Part shown: in pieces, positions 29,449 to 38,932 of the stretch | Layout of the letters: each line of letters starts with the position of its first letter | Position numbering within the stretch: the first letter of the stretch is position 1 | Assembly (NCBI GenBank): GCA_964633865.1 | Contig: CAZWIJ010000005.1 | Coordinates: 6,453-70,452 of the forward strand | Source: an uncultured Candidatus Saccharibacteria bacterium | Lineage (GTDB): Bacteria > Patescibacteriota > Minisyncoccia > SW-4-49-11 | Direction: 5' to 3' | DNA: 64,000 bases | The notes under the pieces: generated by a model | Databases searched by the model: none | Told to the model about the DNA's origin: nothing | The model's input: only the letters and a program-made list of their open reading frames with translations | Made by a program: the position numbers and the translations under genes

Positions 29449-31743
29449 TTAGCTTTGATAAGATTTGATCATTTTTTCTAACTCCAAATTAACATCTTTA
29501 TCTATCAAAGATTTGTTAGAGTCCTGAAATTGTAAGTGAAATGTATAATTATTCATATTATCTTTATTGAAAGAATTTTTGAAAATAATATTTATACATA
29601 AATCTGATTTATGCTTTAATAACTTATCATAAACTTCTTTAACTGAGACTTCTTCTCCTACCTCTAAAGTGATATCTCTTTTAACAATTGGGTACTTTGA
29701 TATATTAGAATATTCTTCATTAATATATTTTGCAAGAATAACTAATTTAGTTAACGAAATTTCACAAACTGATTTATAGATAGTACCTATTATAATCTTA
29801 TTATATAAAATTTCTGTATATTTAGGTTTTTCAACAAAATTAAACAAACTTATATCTATCCCAAAATAAGATGATACTCTTAAGATATCTTGATATAATT
29901 CTGTATTAATATCAAAGTTAGTTTTAGATTTATTATATTGAGTCAATGCTAAATTAACTTCTTCTTCCTTGCCAAATACATGACTAATCTCAAACAACTT
30001 ATAATAATCTATATTATGTGTATTATTCACTCTAACTTCTATCAAAGACTTTGTTAGATTTTCTCTCAAATATGGTTTCTTTGCATCTATTGGATTTATC
30101 ATCTTATGATAACTCTCTTGATCTGTATAAGGATAAGTAATAACTTCCGTATAATTTAAGTTTTTTAAATTTTGAGCAAAGTGTTTTTGAATATCATACT
30201 GAATATCATTTTTATTAACCAAAATTTCCAAATCTAAATTAGATTTTATATTATCATAACCATATATCCTAGCTATTTCCTCAATATATTCTTCTTGTGT
30301 ATTAAGATCACCTCTCCAATACGGAGGTGTTAATAAGTTTTTATGAGTAAATTGAGAATGTTTTATTTCAATTGATAATTTTTTTAAAATTTGCTCTATT
30401 TCACTATTAGAGATCTCTACACCCAAATATTTTCTAACATAATCATAGTCTAACTCAGTTACTTTATGTGTAGATTCAATCACTCCAGAAACATAATAAT
30501 TACCAAACTCTAATTTTCCTTCTTTTAAGAACCACCCTACTCTTTCTAAAGATTCTTGTGCTAGAATAGGTGGTATTCCTCTTTCAAACCTTTTCGCTGC
30601 ATCTGTCAGTAACTTTAGCCTTCGTGCAGTTATTCTAATTTGATTAGAATCAAATTGAGCAGATTCGATCATAATTTTTTGAGTCCCATCATCTACAGAA
30701 GAATTTTTTGCACCTATAATCCCTGCTAGAGCTATTATTTTTTCACTGTCACAGATTACTATATCCCCTTCTTCAAGAACAAGCTCATTATCATTTAAAT
30801 CAACCATAGACTCACCTTTTTCTGCTTTTCTAATGATAATATCATTTCCAACTATTTTTTCTGAATCAAAAACATGTATAGGCTGTCCAATTTCTTCCAT
30901 AATATAATTTGATAAATCTACGGAAGCATTTCCTGTATTATACCCTAATAGATTTAATATGTGTCTTATATGTTCATCTAAAGTATATTTATCAACTTGA
31001 ACATACAAATCTACTCTATAATTTTCTTTGCTAAAAACATTAGAATTGAATTCATATGATGAAAGACCTTTTACTTCAATTAATGAGTAATAAGAACATA
31101 TAGTATTGTCTCTATGAATCCTTCTTGGAGATCCTGATGGTCTTGGCAATTTAACTTTTGGTAGATTTATTAAAGGTTTATCTATAAGAATACTTAACTC
31201 TCTTGCTAATCCATAGAATGAAGATGAATCTCCTGCTCTAGTACCCAATCCTTTATTATCTATCTCTATTATTGCATCATTTAAATTTAAAGTCTCAGCT
31301 ATTGGTTTTCCTATCTCTCTTTGATCTCCTAAAATAAAGATCCCTTGACTATCATCTCCTAATCCTAACTCTTTTTTAGAGCACAACATACCTTGAGAAA
31401 TTTCACCTCTAATTTTAGTTTCTTTTATTTCAAAATTTCCTGGAAGAATTGCACCTATCATTGCTACTGGTACTTTTTGTCCCACTGCTATATTATTTGC
31501 ACCACATACTATATTTAACAAAACATCCAAACCAACATTTATTTTAGTTATTTGTAATTTATCAGCATTAGGATGAGGATTTATTTCTATAATTTCACCA
31601 ACTACTACATTATCTAAACCCTTAGCTAAATCTTGAATTCCTTCTACTTCATAACTTTTCATAGTATAAAGATTAGCAACTTTATACACATCTATATTCA
31701 AATTTGGAATAAAATTTTTTATAACTGAATATGGTATTTTCAT
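29449..31743 (-). CDS. pheT: Phenylalanine--tRNA ligase beta subunit
   Basis: HPNADKL, IVCGANN, RGEISQGMLCS, EEIARIYGYDNI, FDX-ACB tail. Confidence 0.93.
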   Translation of the reverse strand: MKIPYSVIKNFIPNLNIDVYKVANLYTMKSYEVEGIQDLAKGLDNVVVGEIIEINPHPNADKLQITKINVGLDVLLNIVCGANNIAVGQKVPVAMIGAILPGNFEIKETKIRGEISQGMLCSKKELGLGDDSQGIFILGDQREIGKPIAETLNLNDAIIEIDNKGLGTRAGDSSSFYGLARELSILIDKPLINLPKVKLPRPSGSPRRIHRDNTICSYYSLIEVKGLSSYEFNSNVFSKENYRVDLYVQVDKYTLDEHIRHILNLLGYNTGNASVDLSNYIMEEIGQPIHVFDSEKIVGNDIIIRKAEKGESMVDLNDNELVLEEGDIVICDSEKIIALAGIIGAKNSSVDDGTQKIMIESAQFDSNQIRITARRLKLLTDAAKRFERGIPPILAQESLERVGWFLKEGKLEFGNYYVSGVIESTHKVTELDYDYVRKYLGVEISNSEIEQILKKLSIEIKHSQFTHKNLLTPPYWRGDLNTQEEYIEEIARIYGYDNIKSNLDLEILVNKNDIQYDIQKHFAQNLKNLNYTEVITYPYTDQESYHKMINPIDAKKPYLRENLTKSLIEVRVNNTHNIDYYKLFEISHVFGKEEEVNLALTQYNKSKTNFDINTELYQDILRVSSYFGIDISLFNFVEKPKYTEILYNKIIIGTIYKSVCEISLTKLVILAKYINEEYSNISKYPIVKRDITLEVGEEVSVKEVYDKLLKHKSDLCINIIFKNSFNKDNMNNYTFHLQFQDSNKSLIDKDVNLELEKMIKSYQS

Positions 31744-31758
31744 AAATTTAATATTATT

Positions 31759-32742
31759 TTAACTTTTCTTTCCTAATTGATATAAAAATCTTAAATCACC
31801 ACTATGAATATATCTTATATCATCCAAACCTGATATTAGCATTACTAATCTTTCTACCCCTATACCAAAAGCAAAACCTTGATGTGATTGATCTTCAATA
31901 CCCACATTTTTCAACACTTGTCTATGAACCATACCTGCTCCACAAATTTCTAACCACTTATCTTTAAATAAAATATCTATTTCAAAAGATGGTTCAGTAA
32001 AAGGAAAATAGCTTGGTCTCAATCTAATTTGCATTTCTCTACCAAATAAATTCGTAAACAAATATTCCATAACCCCTTTAAATGTAGCTATACTTGTTTT
32101 TTTATCTATAACTAAACCTTCAATTTGATGAAAACAAGTTTCATGAGTAGAATCTGTAGCTTCATAACGATAAACTTTGCCTGGAGCTATTATTCTAATT
32201 GGTGGCTTGTTTTTTTCCAAATATCTAATCTGTGATGGTGAAGTATGGGTTCTTAAAAGATTCTTGTTATTATCTTTATCTTGAATCCAAATTGTATCCC
32301 ATACATCTCTAGCTGGATGATTTTTAGGTATATTTAATAGGTCAAAATTATAACTTTCATTTTCTTTTTCTAATCCGATAATTGTAGCAAAACCTATTTT
32401 AGATAAAATTTCTTGAATTTTAATAATAGTTTGGGTTACTGCAGATAAATGACCTGATGTTTGATTTAAATAAGTTAAATTTATTGGTGCAAGAGCATCC
32501 ATTTTCATCCCATCTTGTTCGAAATTTTCTTTTTCTAATAAAATTTTTTCTAAATATGATTTTAAAATATTTAACTCATCTCCAAATTTACTTTTTTGAT
32601 CTAAGGGAATATTTTTAATCTCTTTAAAGGCTTCTGAAATTAATCCTTTTCTACCTAAATATTTATTTTTTAAATCTATCTTAGAAATCTTTGATTTCAA
32701 ATCTGATTCAAATAAAGATTTAATTTTATCTATATATTCCAT
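31759..32742 (-). CDS. pheS: Phenylalanine--tRNA ligase alpha subunit
   Basis: HPARD, LLRTHTSP, FHQIEGL, RPSYFPFTEPS, AFGIGVERL. Confidence 0.97.
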   Translation of the reverse strand: MEYIDKIKSLFESDLKSKISKIDLKNKYLGRKGLISEAFKEIKNIPLDQKSKFGDELNILKSYLEKILLEKENFEQDGMKMDALAPINLTYLNQTSGHLSAVTQTIIKIQEILSKIGFATIIGLEKENESYNFDLLNIPKNHPARDVWDTIWIQDKDNNKNLLRTHTSPSQIRYLEKNKPPIRIIAPGKVYRYEATDSTHETCFHQIEGLVIDKKTSIATFKGVMEYLFTNLFGREMQIRLRPSYFPFTEPSFEIDILFKDKWLEICGAGMVHRQVLKNVGIEDQSHQGFAFGIGVERLVMLISGLDDIRYIHSGDLRFLYQLGKKS

Positions 32743-32747
32743 AATTT

Positions 32748-33137
32748 TTAATTTACTTTTATAACATCATTTTCTTGAGCCAAAAAATATGATTCCAATA
32801 TAACTACTATTAAAGTTAGAAAAATTGCACTAAAAAGATTCCATATCATAAACCCTTGCAAAGATAGATGTACTCCTGATAGCAAGGCTAATAATAATGC
32901 TTGTCTCTCAGATCTTATTAATAATAAATAATGCTTTGATCTATCTGAAAATATTACCCTTATAAAATATAAAATTATAGCAAATAAACCCCATACAACT
33001 AAAACAAAAGAGCCTATAAACCACCAAACATAAATATAAGATACTTTTGATACATCTATATATGCAATCAAATAAGCTAAACTACTACTACCAATAATGA
33101 GAGATATAACATTTAAGAAAAGTAAAGCTCTTTTCAT
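32748..33137 (-). CDS. Hypothetical four-TM membrane protein
   Basis: Hydrophobic segments, RQALLL motif, in operon with ppa and pheS. Confidence 0.7.
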   Translation of the reverse strand: MKRALLFLNVISLIIGSSSLAYLIAYIDVSKVSYIYVWWFIGSFVLVVWGLFAIILYFIRVIFSDRSKHYLLLIRSERQALLLALLSGVHLSLQGFMIWNLFSAIFLTLIVVILESYFLAQENDVIKVN

Positions 33138-33148
33138 ATTAAAAATCT

Positions 33149-33685
33149 TTATTTTTTATCATAATTTAGAGCCGCTTTTTCAATAATTTCCATAGCCACT
33201 ATTTTATTAACAAAACCATCTATTTTTACATGTTCATATTTACCTGGTTCTAATTTTTTATAGTCAGCCATAAATAATTCTATTTCTTTCAAAATATGTT
33301 CTTGTATATCTTCTAAATCCTGAATATCTTTTAATCTTGGATCTAATTTCACTACAGGAACACATATAATTTTATTATCTATTCCAGCCTCATCACTCAT
33401 TTTCAAAACTCCTACTGGTCTTACTTTAATAACACAACCAGAAAAAGTAGGTCTGCTAACTAAAACAATTGCATCTATCGCATCACCATCTTCTCCATGA
33501 GTTTGAGGAATAAATCCATATTCAAATGGATACAAAAGAGGTGAATATAAAGTTCTATCTAATTTAAAATAACCTCCTTTTTCATCATATTCAAATTTAG
33601 AAGTTGAGTTCATAGGAATATCTACTACAACATTAAATTCTTCTGGTAATGTTTCTAATCTTGGGACATCTTTATATAAATTCAT
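33149..33685 (-). CDS. ppa: Inorganic pyrophosphatase (family I)
   Basis: LDRTL...YPFEYGFIPQT..EDGDAIDA, MSDEAGIDNK. Confidence 0.95.
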   Translation of the reverse strand: MNLYKDVPRLETLPEEFNVVVDIPMNSTSKFEYDEKGGYFKLDRTLYSPLLYPFEYGFIPQTHGEDGDAIDAIVLVSRPTFSGCVIKVRPVGVLKMSDEAGIDNKIICVPVVKLDPRLKDIQDLEDIQEHILKEIELFMADYKKLEPGKYEHVKIDGFVNKIVAMEIIEKAALNYDKK

Positions 33686-33720
33686 AGATTTAAATTATTA
33701 ATTTAGTAATATTAATTATC

Positions 33721-34926
33721 TTATTTTATACCTGCTACTTCTTCTTCAACAGATTCAACTTGGGATTTTAATTGCTCTTCTTCTGAATTCTTTTCCTCAA
33801 CTTTATCTTCTTTTCTATTTTTAGATTCTGGATTCAAATCTAAAGTATATCCTACTAATCTTGAAGCAAGTCTTACATTTTGACCAAACCCACCAATTGC
33901 AAGAGATAATTGATCTTCTGGTACAATAACTGAAGCTTTCTTTTCTTCTTCATTCAGTTCAATACTAATAACTTCGGCTGGAGCTATAGCTGCTTTAATA
34001 TATTCATTAATATTGTCATTATATTTTATTATATCTATCTTTTCTCCTCCCAACTCAGAAATAATATTTTGAACTCGAGAACCTCTTTGTCCAACACATG
34101 CTCCAACTGGATCTATATCAGGATTATTAGATTTAACTGAAATTTTTGTTCTAACACCAGCATCTCTTGATATCTCAACTATCTCTATGATATTAGAAAA
34201 AATTTCTGGGACTTCTAGTGTGAATAATTTTCTAACAAAATCATTGCTTTTTCTAGATAAAAGAATATTAGGCTCTTTTTCAGTTTGCTCAACACTTTGA
34301 ATCAAAAATTTATACTGTCCACCTATTTTATAATTATCAGTTCTTACTTGTTCTGTAGGGAAAAGTAATCCTACTCCTTTTTCTAATTCTACAAAAACTA
34401 TTCCTCTATCTATTCTTTGGATAGTACCTTGATAAATTTCTCCTATTTTATCTTTATACTCATCAAATGCTACAGATCTCTCAATTTCTCTTATTTTTTG
34501 CATCAAAACCTGTTTTGCAGTTTGAGCTGCTATTCTTCCAAATTCATCTTTAGGCTCTAATTCTTCTATTAATTCTTCTCCTATTTCAATTTTATCATTA
34601 ACTTCTAAAGCTTCAGCTAAAGGAACATGTCTTTCTGGATTAAATCTAGTTTTTTTAATATTCCCTTCTTCGTCTAATTCAATTTCTTTATTAGAAACAA
34701 CCATACCTTCTTCATCCAACTCAACAACTAATTTATGTCTAAATATTCTAATCTTACCTAAATCTTTATCAACTAAACATTTAATAATTTGAGATCTTTC
34801 TCCATAATCTTTTTTGTAAGCGGCCGCAATAGAAGTTTGAATAACATCTAAAATTTTATCTTCTGGAATATTTTTTTCTTCTGCAATTTGAGCTATTGCA
34901 AAGCTAAAGTGTTTTACATCAATCAT
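33721..34926 (-). CDS. nusA: Transcription termination factor NusA
   Basis: FGRIAAQTAKQV, DPVGACVGQRGSRV, LSLAIG..GQNVRLA. Confidence 0.97.
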   Translation of the reverse strand: MIDVKHFSFAIAQIAEEKNIPEDKILDVIQTSIAAAYKKDYGERSQIIKCLVDKDLGKIRIFRHKLVVELDEEGMVVSNKEIELDEEGNIKKTRFNPERHVPLAEALEVNDKIEIGEELIEELEPKDEFGRIAAQTAKQVLMQKIREIERSVAFDEYKDKIGEIYQGTIQRIDRGIVFVELEKGVGLLFPTEQVRTDNYKIGGQYKFLIQSVEQTEKEPNILLSRKSNDFVRKLFTLEVPEIFSNIIEIVEISRDAGVRTKISVKSNNPDIDPVGACVGQRGSRVQNIISELGGEKIDIIKYNDNINEYIKAAIAPAEVISIELNEEEKKASVIVPEDQLSLAIGGFGQNVRLASRLVGYTLDLNPESKNRKEDKVEEKNSEEEQLKSQVESVEEEVAGIK

Positions 34927-34951
34927 ATATATATTATTAACCTATTTTATA

Positions 34952-35037
34952 ACTAGAAAGGCCTGCTTTTATCTTGCAGACCTATCCATAACATCTATCT
35001 CAATAATAATACTAACATATTTAGTATTATTATTCAA
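34952..35037 (-). promoter_or_regulatory. nusA promoter and leader hairpin (candidate attenuator)
   Basis: TTGAAT-17 bp-TAGTAT, then AGGTCTGC-9 nt-GCAGGCCT-TTCT before the ATG. Confidence 0.5.
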
Positions 35038-35048
35038 TAAGCAAGATA

Positions 35049-35207
35049 TTATTTTTTCATTTCTTTATGAAGAGTGTGCTTTCTTAGTTTCTTATTAAAC
35101 TTCATAAGCTCAATTTTCTCTGGATTCTTTTTCTTATTCTTCCTTGAATAATAATTAATATCTCCTGTTTCTGTACACTGTAATTTAATTAAATTATCTT
35201 GACTCAT
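35049..35207 (-). CDS. rpmG: 50S ribosomal protein L33 (not in ORF track)
   Basis: Manual translation MSQDNLIKLQCTETGDINYYSRKNKKKNPEKIELMKFNKKLRKHTLHKEMKK. Confidence 0.93.
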   Translation of the reverse strand: MSQDNLIKLQCTETGDINYYSRKNKKKNPEKIELMKFNKKLRKHTLHKEMKK

Positions 35208-35236
35208 TATTTTATACTTAAACCTAATAATTGAGG

Positions 35237-35309
35237 AGCCGACAATCAGGATTGAACTGATGACCTCACCCTTACCATGGGTGCGCTCTACCGACTGAGC
35301 TATGTCGGC
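35237..35309 (-). tRNA. tRNA-Thr(GGT)
   Basis: GCCGACA...CACCC-ATGGTAA-GGGTG...GTTCAATC...TGTCGGCT. Confidence 0.95.
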
Positions 35310-35374
35310 TTATATATTAACATAATATATAATACTAAATATTTGACTTTTTGTCAAAATATTTTTATCTAAAT

Positions 35375-36277
35375 TTATTTATTTTTAAATTTTGTCTTAT
35401 ATATGTAGAGAAGCATAGGTGATGCTAAGAAAATTGATGAGTAAGTTCCAAAAAACATACCTACAAACAATGCTAAAGCAAAGAATCTAACTGATTCTCC
35501 TCCTAAAAATATAATTGACCCCAAAATAAATAATATTGTTAATGTAGTATTAATAGATCTAGTTAATGTTTCTTCAATACTTTTTGCTACTACTTTTTCA
35601 AAATTATCACCACCAAGTTTTCTAATATTTTCTCTTATTCTATCAAATATAACTATAGTGTCATTAACAGAAGCTCCTAGAATTGACAACAAAGCTATGA
35701 TAAACAAAGTATCTATTTCAACAATTTTTAGATATGATAAATAAGAAAAAACTCCTATAGGAATAATGATGTCGTGAAACAAAGCTACTATAGCTACTAA
35801 ACCGTAATAGAAAGATGGTACTGGATAAGATATACCTTTAAATACATATGTTATAAATAAAATCATTGTAATTAGTACCATTATTACAGCAAACACGGCT
35901 CTTTGTTGTAATTCTTGACCTATACTTGGACTAATAGTATATTTGGATATAATTTTAACTAAATCCTCTCCCCCATATTTTTTATTTATAGAATCTATCA
36001 ATAAATCATTTTCTTCCTGAGATAAAGCTTTAAACTCTAATTTATATATTTTGTCCTCATCTTTAGTTATAGATACTGGATCTATTTTAGAATCTGATTT
36101 AACTAAATCTTGTAATTCCTCTTTTGAAGGATTTTGATCTATGCTTAACTCTAAAACACTACCTCCAATAAAATCAACCCCTAGATTAAGACCAAATCTA
36201 AGAAAACTAAAAATTGAAAGTACAACAAAAAATATACCTATACTTAACCAAATTTTTGAATATTTAACTACAAACAT
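35375..36277 (-). CDS. secF: Protein translocase subunit SecF
   Basis: LNLGVDFIGGS, ALFHDII, SVNDTIVIFDRIREN, TLTRSINT. Confidence 0.95.
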   Translation of the reverse strand: MFVVKYSKIWLSIGIFFVVLSIFSFLRFGLNLGVDFIGGSVLELSIDQNPSKEELQDLVKSDSKIDPVSITKDEDKIYKLEFKALSQEENDLLIDSINKKYGGEDLVKIISKYTISPSIGQELQQRAVFAVIMVLITMILFITYVFKGISYPVPSFYYGLVAIVALFHDIIIPIGVFSYLSYLKIVEIDTLFIIALLSILGASVNDTIVIFDRIRENIRKLGGDNFEKVVAKSIEETLTRSINTTLTILFILGSIIFLGGESVRFFALALFVGMFFGTYSSIFLASPMLLYIYKTKFKNK

Positions 36278-36301
36278 ATTTTAAAAAATTATAATCTAAA
36301 T

Positions 36302-37888
36302 TTACTTTTTAATTCTGATAAGCCATTTTCCCAACTTTTTATTCATAAAAAAATTTCTATAGTTATCTATGAAATCCAACATTATTCTTGACAAAGTAAG
36401 TGATGAGAATAAACTTACTATTACTCCGATAGATAATGTAATCGCAAAACCTTGTACAACTCCAGAAGCTAAGTAAAATAGAATCAGAGAAGAAATTAAA
36501 GTCGATAATTGTGAATCTCTAATAGAAATCCATGCTCTTGAAAATCCTTCTTTAATAGCAATATTCAAATCTCTACCTTTATCTAATTCTTCTTTAATTC
36601 TTTCAAATATAAGAATATTTCCATCAACAGCAAATCCTATACTAACAAGAAATCCTGTAATCCCAGCTAATGTTAATGTAAATCCTAATAATTTAAATAT
36701 ACCTAATACTAGTATTACATAAAATACAAGTGCAACTGATGATATAATCCCTAATATTCTATACCAATATATCATAAATACAATTATCAAAATAAATCCT
36801 ACAACACCAGCATATATACTTTTATCAAGTGAGTCCTGACCAAGAGAGGCTTCTACTACTTGCTCTGATACTAGATTAATAGGAAGAGGTAAGGCTCCAG
36901 CATTAAGTGAGTCTACAAGATCTTTAGTTTCTTTAGTAGTAAATTGTCCTGTAATTACAGCTTGACCATTTGGAATTTCTTGATTTATTGAAGGACCACT
37001 AACTATATTTTCATCCAAAACTATATATAAAATTTCACCTATATTATTTTTTGTAAATTCAGCAAATTTATTTTTACCTTCTTCATCAAATGTAACAGAA
37101 ACTTGAGGTAAATTTGTATTAGGATCAAAAACAACATCAGCTCTTTCAATATTATTTCCTGAGATTATAGGTGATTCCGTATCATCATAATAAGGATTTT
37201 TATAAAAATCTAAATTATCAATAGGTTCATCTGAATTTAATCTAGATTGAATTGTATCAATAATTTCTTGGCTTTCAGATTGTTTTCTACCCTTATAAAA
37301 CTCTAATTTTGGAGTATCTCCTATTCTTTCTATAGCCTCTTTGGTATTATCAAGTCCAGCTAGTTCTACTACTAACCTATTTTGATCTCCACTTTCTATA
37401 TATATTCTAGGTTCACTAACACCAAATGCATTAACTCTTTTATTAACAACTTGTCTTAAACTTTCTAATGCCTGATCTCTATCATTTTCAGAAACATCTT
37501 TATCATCTATATCATATACAACTCTAACACCTCCTTGTAAATCCAAGCCTAAGTTAATTCCTTTTAGGGTAACTTCTGGAATTCTATTTTGAGTCAACCA
37601 TTGATCAAATCCATTCTGTTTGAAAGGTAATTGATTCCAGTTTGAAAGGTCAGTTTGCTTATTATTCCAATAATTTATACCTCTATTTATAATACTAGGG
37701 AACGTTATACCAAGTGAAACAACTGTAATAAATATTATAAGAATAAATTTTCTTATAGAATACCCATATTTTGTCTTACTTATAAATATAAACTTAAATA
37801 AATTTATTAATACCTTATAAGGAAAATTAATTAATTTTACAGCAAACTTTTTAATCTTTCTTGACAACCTTTTACTCTTCTTTCTCAC
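36302..37888 (-). CDS. secD: Protein translocase subunit SecD
   Basis: LGLDLQGG, RVNAFGVSEP, GALPLPI, AVDGNILIFERIKEE. Confidence 0.95.
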   Translation of the reverse strand: MRKKSKRLSRKIKKFAVKLINFPYKVLINLFKFIFISKTKYGYSIRKFILIIFITVVSLGITFPSIINRGINYWNNKQTDLSNWNQLPFKQNGFDQWLTQNRIPEVTLKGINLGLDLQGGVRVVYDIDDKDVSENDRDQALESLRQVVNKRVNAFGVSEPRIYIESGDQNRLVVELAGLDNTKEAIERIGDTPKLEFYKGRKQSESQEIIDTIQSRLNSDEPIDNLDFYKNPYYDDTESPIISGNNIERADVVFDPNTNLPQVSVTFDEEGKNKFAEFTKNNIGEILYIVLDENIVSGPSINQEIPNGQAVITGQFTTKETKDLVDSLNAGALPLPINLVSEQVVEASLGQDSLDKSIYAGVVGFILIIVFMIYWYRILGIISSVALVFYVILVLGIFKLLGFTLTLAGITGFLVSIGFAVDGNILIFERIKEELDKGRDLNIAIKEGFSRAWISIRDSQLSTLISSLILFYLASGVVQGFAITLSIGVIVSLFSSLTLSRIMLDFIDNYRNFFMNKKLGKWLIRIKK

Positions 37889-37912
37889 AAAAATCTAAAT
37901 TATTTTATAATA

Positions 37913-38185
37913 TTACATTCCCATTTCAGAAGCTACTTCTTTTTGGAGATCTGCTTTAGCCCCTTCTATTGCACTAACTATTCTTTTTTCTAACTTAGAT
38001 TTATCAGATAATAATTCTTCGTCTATTTCTATAGATTTTAGAGATTGTGTACCATCCATTGTTACTGTAACACCATCTAATTCTTTAGTTATTCTCTTTT
38101 TAGCTAATTTCTTTTGTAATTGTTGTAACTCTGAGAATTGAGACATCATTTCTTTTGCCTTATTGAATCCATCGAACATACCCAT
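37913..38185 (-). CDS. ybaB: YbaB/EbfC nucleoid-associated protein
   Basis: QQLQKKL...GVTVTMDGTQSLKSIEID. Confidence 0.8.
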   Translation of the reverse strand: MGMFDGFNKAKEMMSQFSELQQLQKKLAKKRITKELDGVTVTMDGTQSLKSIEIDEELLSDKSKLEKRIVSAIEGAKADLQKEVASEMGM

Positions 38186-38325
38186 AATTGTAAATTTTAA
38201 ATTAATATTATATGTAAATTATTATATCAGATATTATTATTATTGTGAATATTTTTAGTGATTTAATTAATCAAGATTAAGAAATTTATAAAAAATAGCC
38301 TAGAAAAGCTAAGCTATTATTGTAT

Positions 38326-38784
38326 TTAAGACAAAATTTCTAATATTCTGTATTTTTGTATACCTGCGGGAGTTTCTACCTTAAATTCTTCTCCAGATTT
38401 TCTATTCATAAAAGCAGCTCCTAGTGGTGATTGATCAGAAATTTTCCCATCTAAAGGATTAGCTTCCGTTGCACCAACTAAAGTATATTCTTTAATCCCA
38501 AATTTACTCTCAACTTTTATAGTACTTCCAATACCTACAAACTCATTATTAATCTTATGATTTATAATCTCTGCATTTCTTACAATGCTTTGTAATTCAA
38601 GAATTTTTGACTCATTAAAAGACATATCATTTTTTGCTTCATGATACTCTGCATTTTCTTTTAAGTCTCCCTGCTCTTTAGCATACTTAATTTTTTCAGA
38701 AATTTCACTTCTTCTGTTAACTAAAGTTTCTAACTCTTTTTCTACTTTAAGTAAACCTTCTTTTGTCATTTGATACTTTTTCAT
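38326..38784 (-). CDS. greA: Transcription elongation factor GreA
   Basis: GDLKENAEYHEAK, ISDQSPLGAAF. Confidence 0.95.
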   Translation of the reverse strand: MKKYQMTKEGLLKVEKELETLVNRRSEISEKIKYAKEQGDLKENAEYHEAKNDMSFNESKILELQSIVRNAEIINHKINNEFVGIGSTIKVESKFGIKEYTLVGATEANPLDGKISDQSPLGAAFMNRKSGEEFKVETPAGIQKYRILEILS

Positions 38785-38932
38785 ATAATTTCTTATTCTT
38801 AAAAATAAATAAATCTAAATTGATTAATAAAAAACTAACCCAACCCTCAAATAAGCTAAGATTATTGAGACTTAAGTATTAAGTTTAATATTTTTTATTC
38901 ACGATTTATTGTTTATGTATTATAATATACTT

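Noticed and set aside
38829-38872. Possible greA leader hairpin (CTCAA...TTGAG followed by a G-rich stretch and T-run on the minus strand)
   Set aside because: The stem is short and no clear promoter could be placed; too weak to call.
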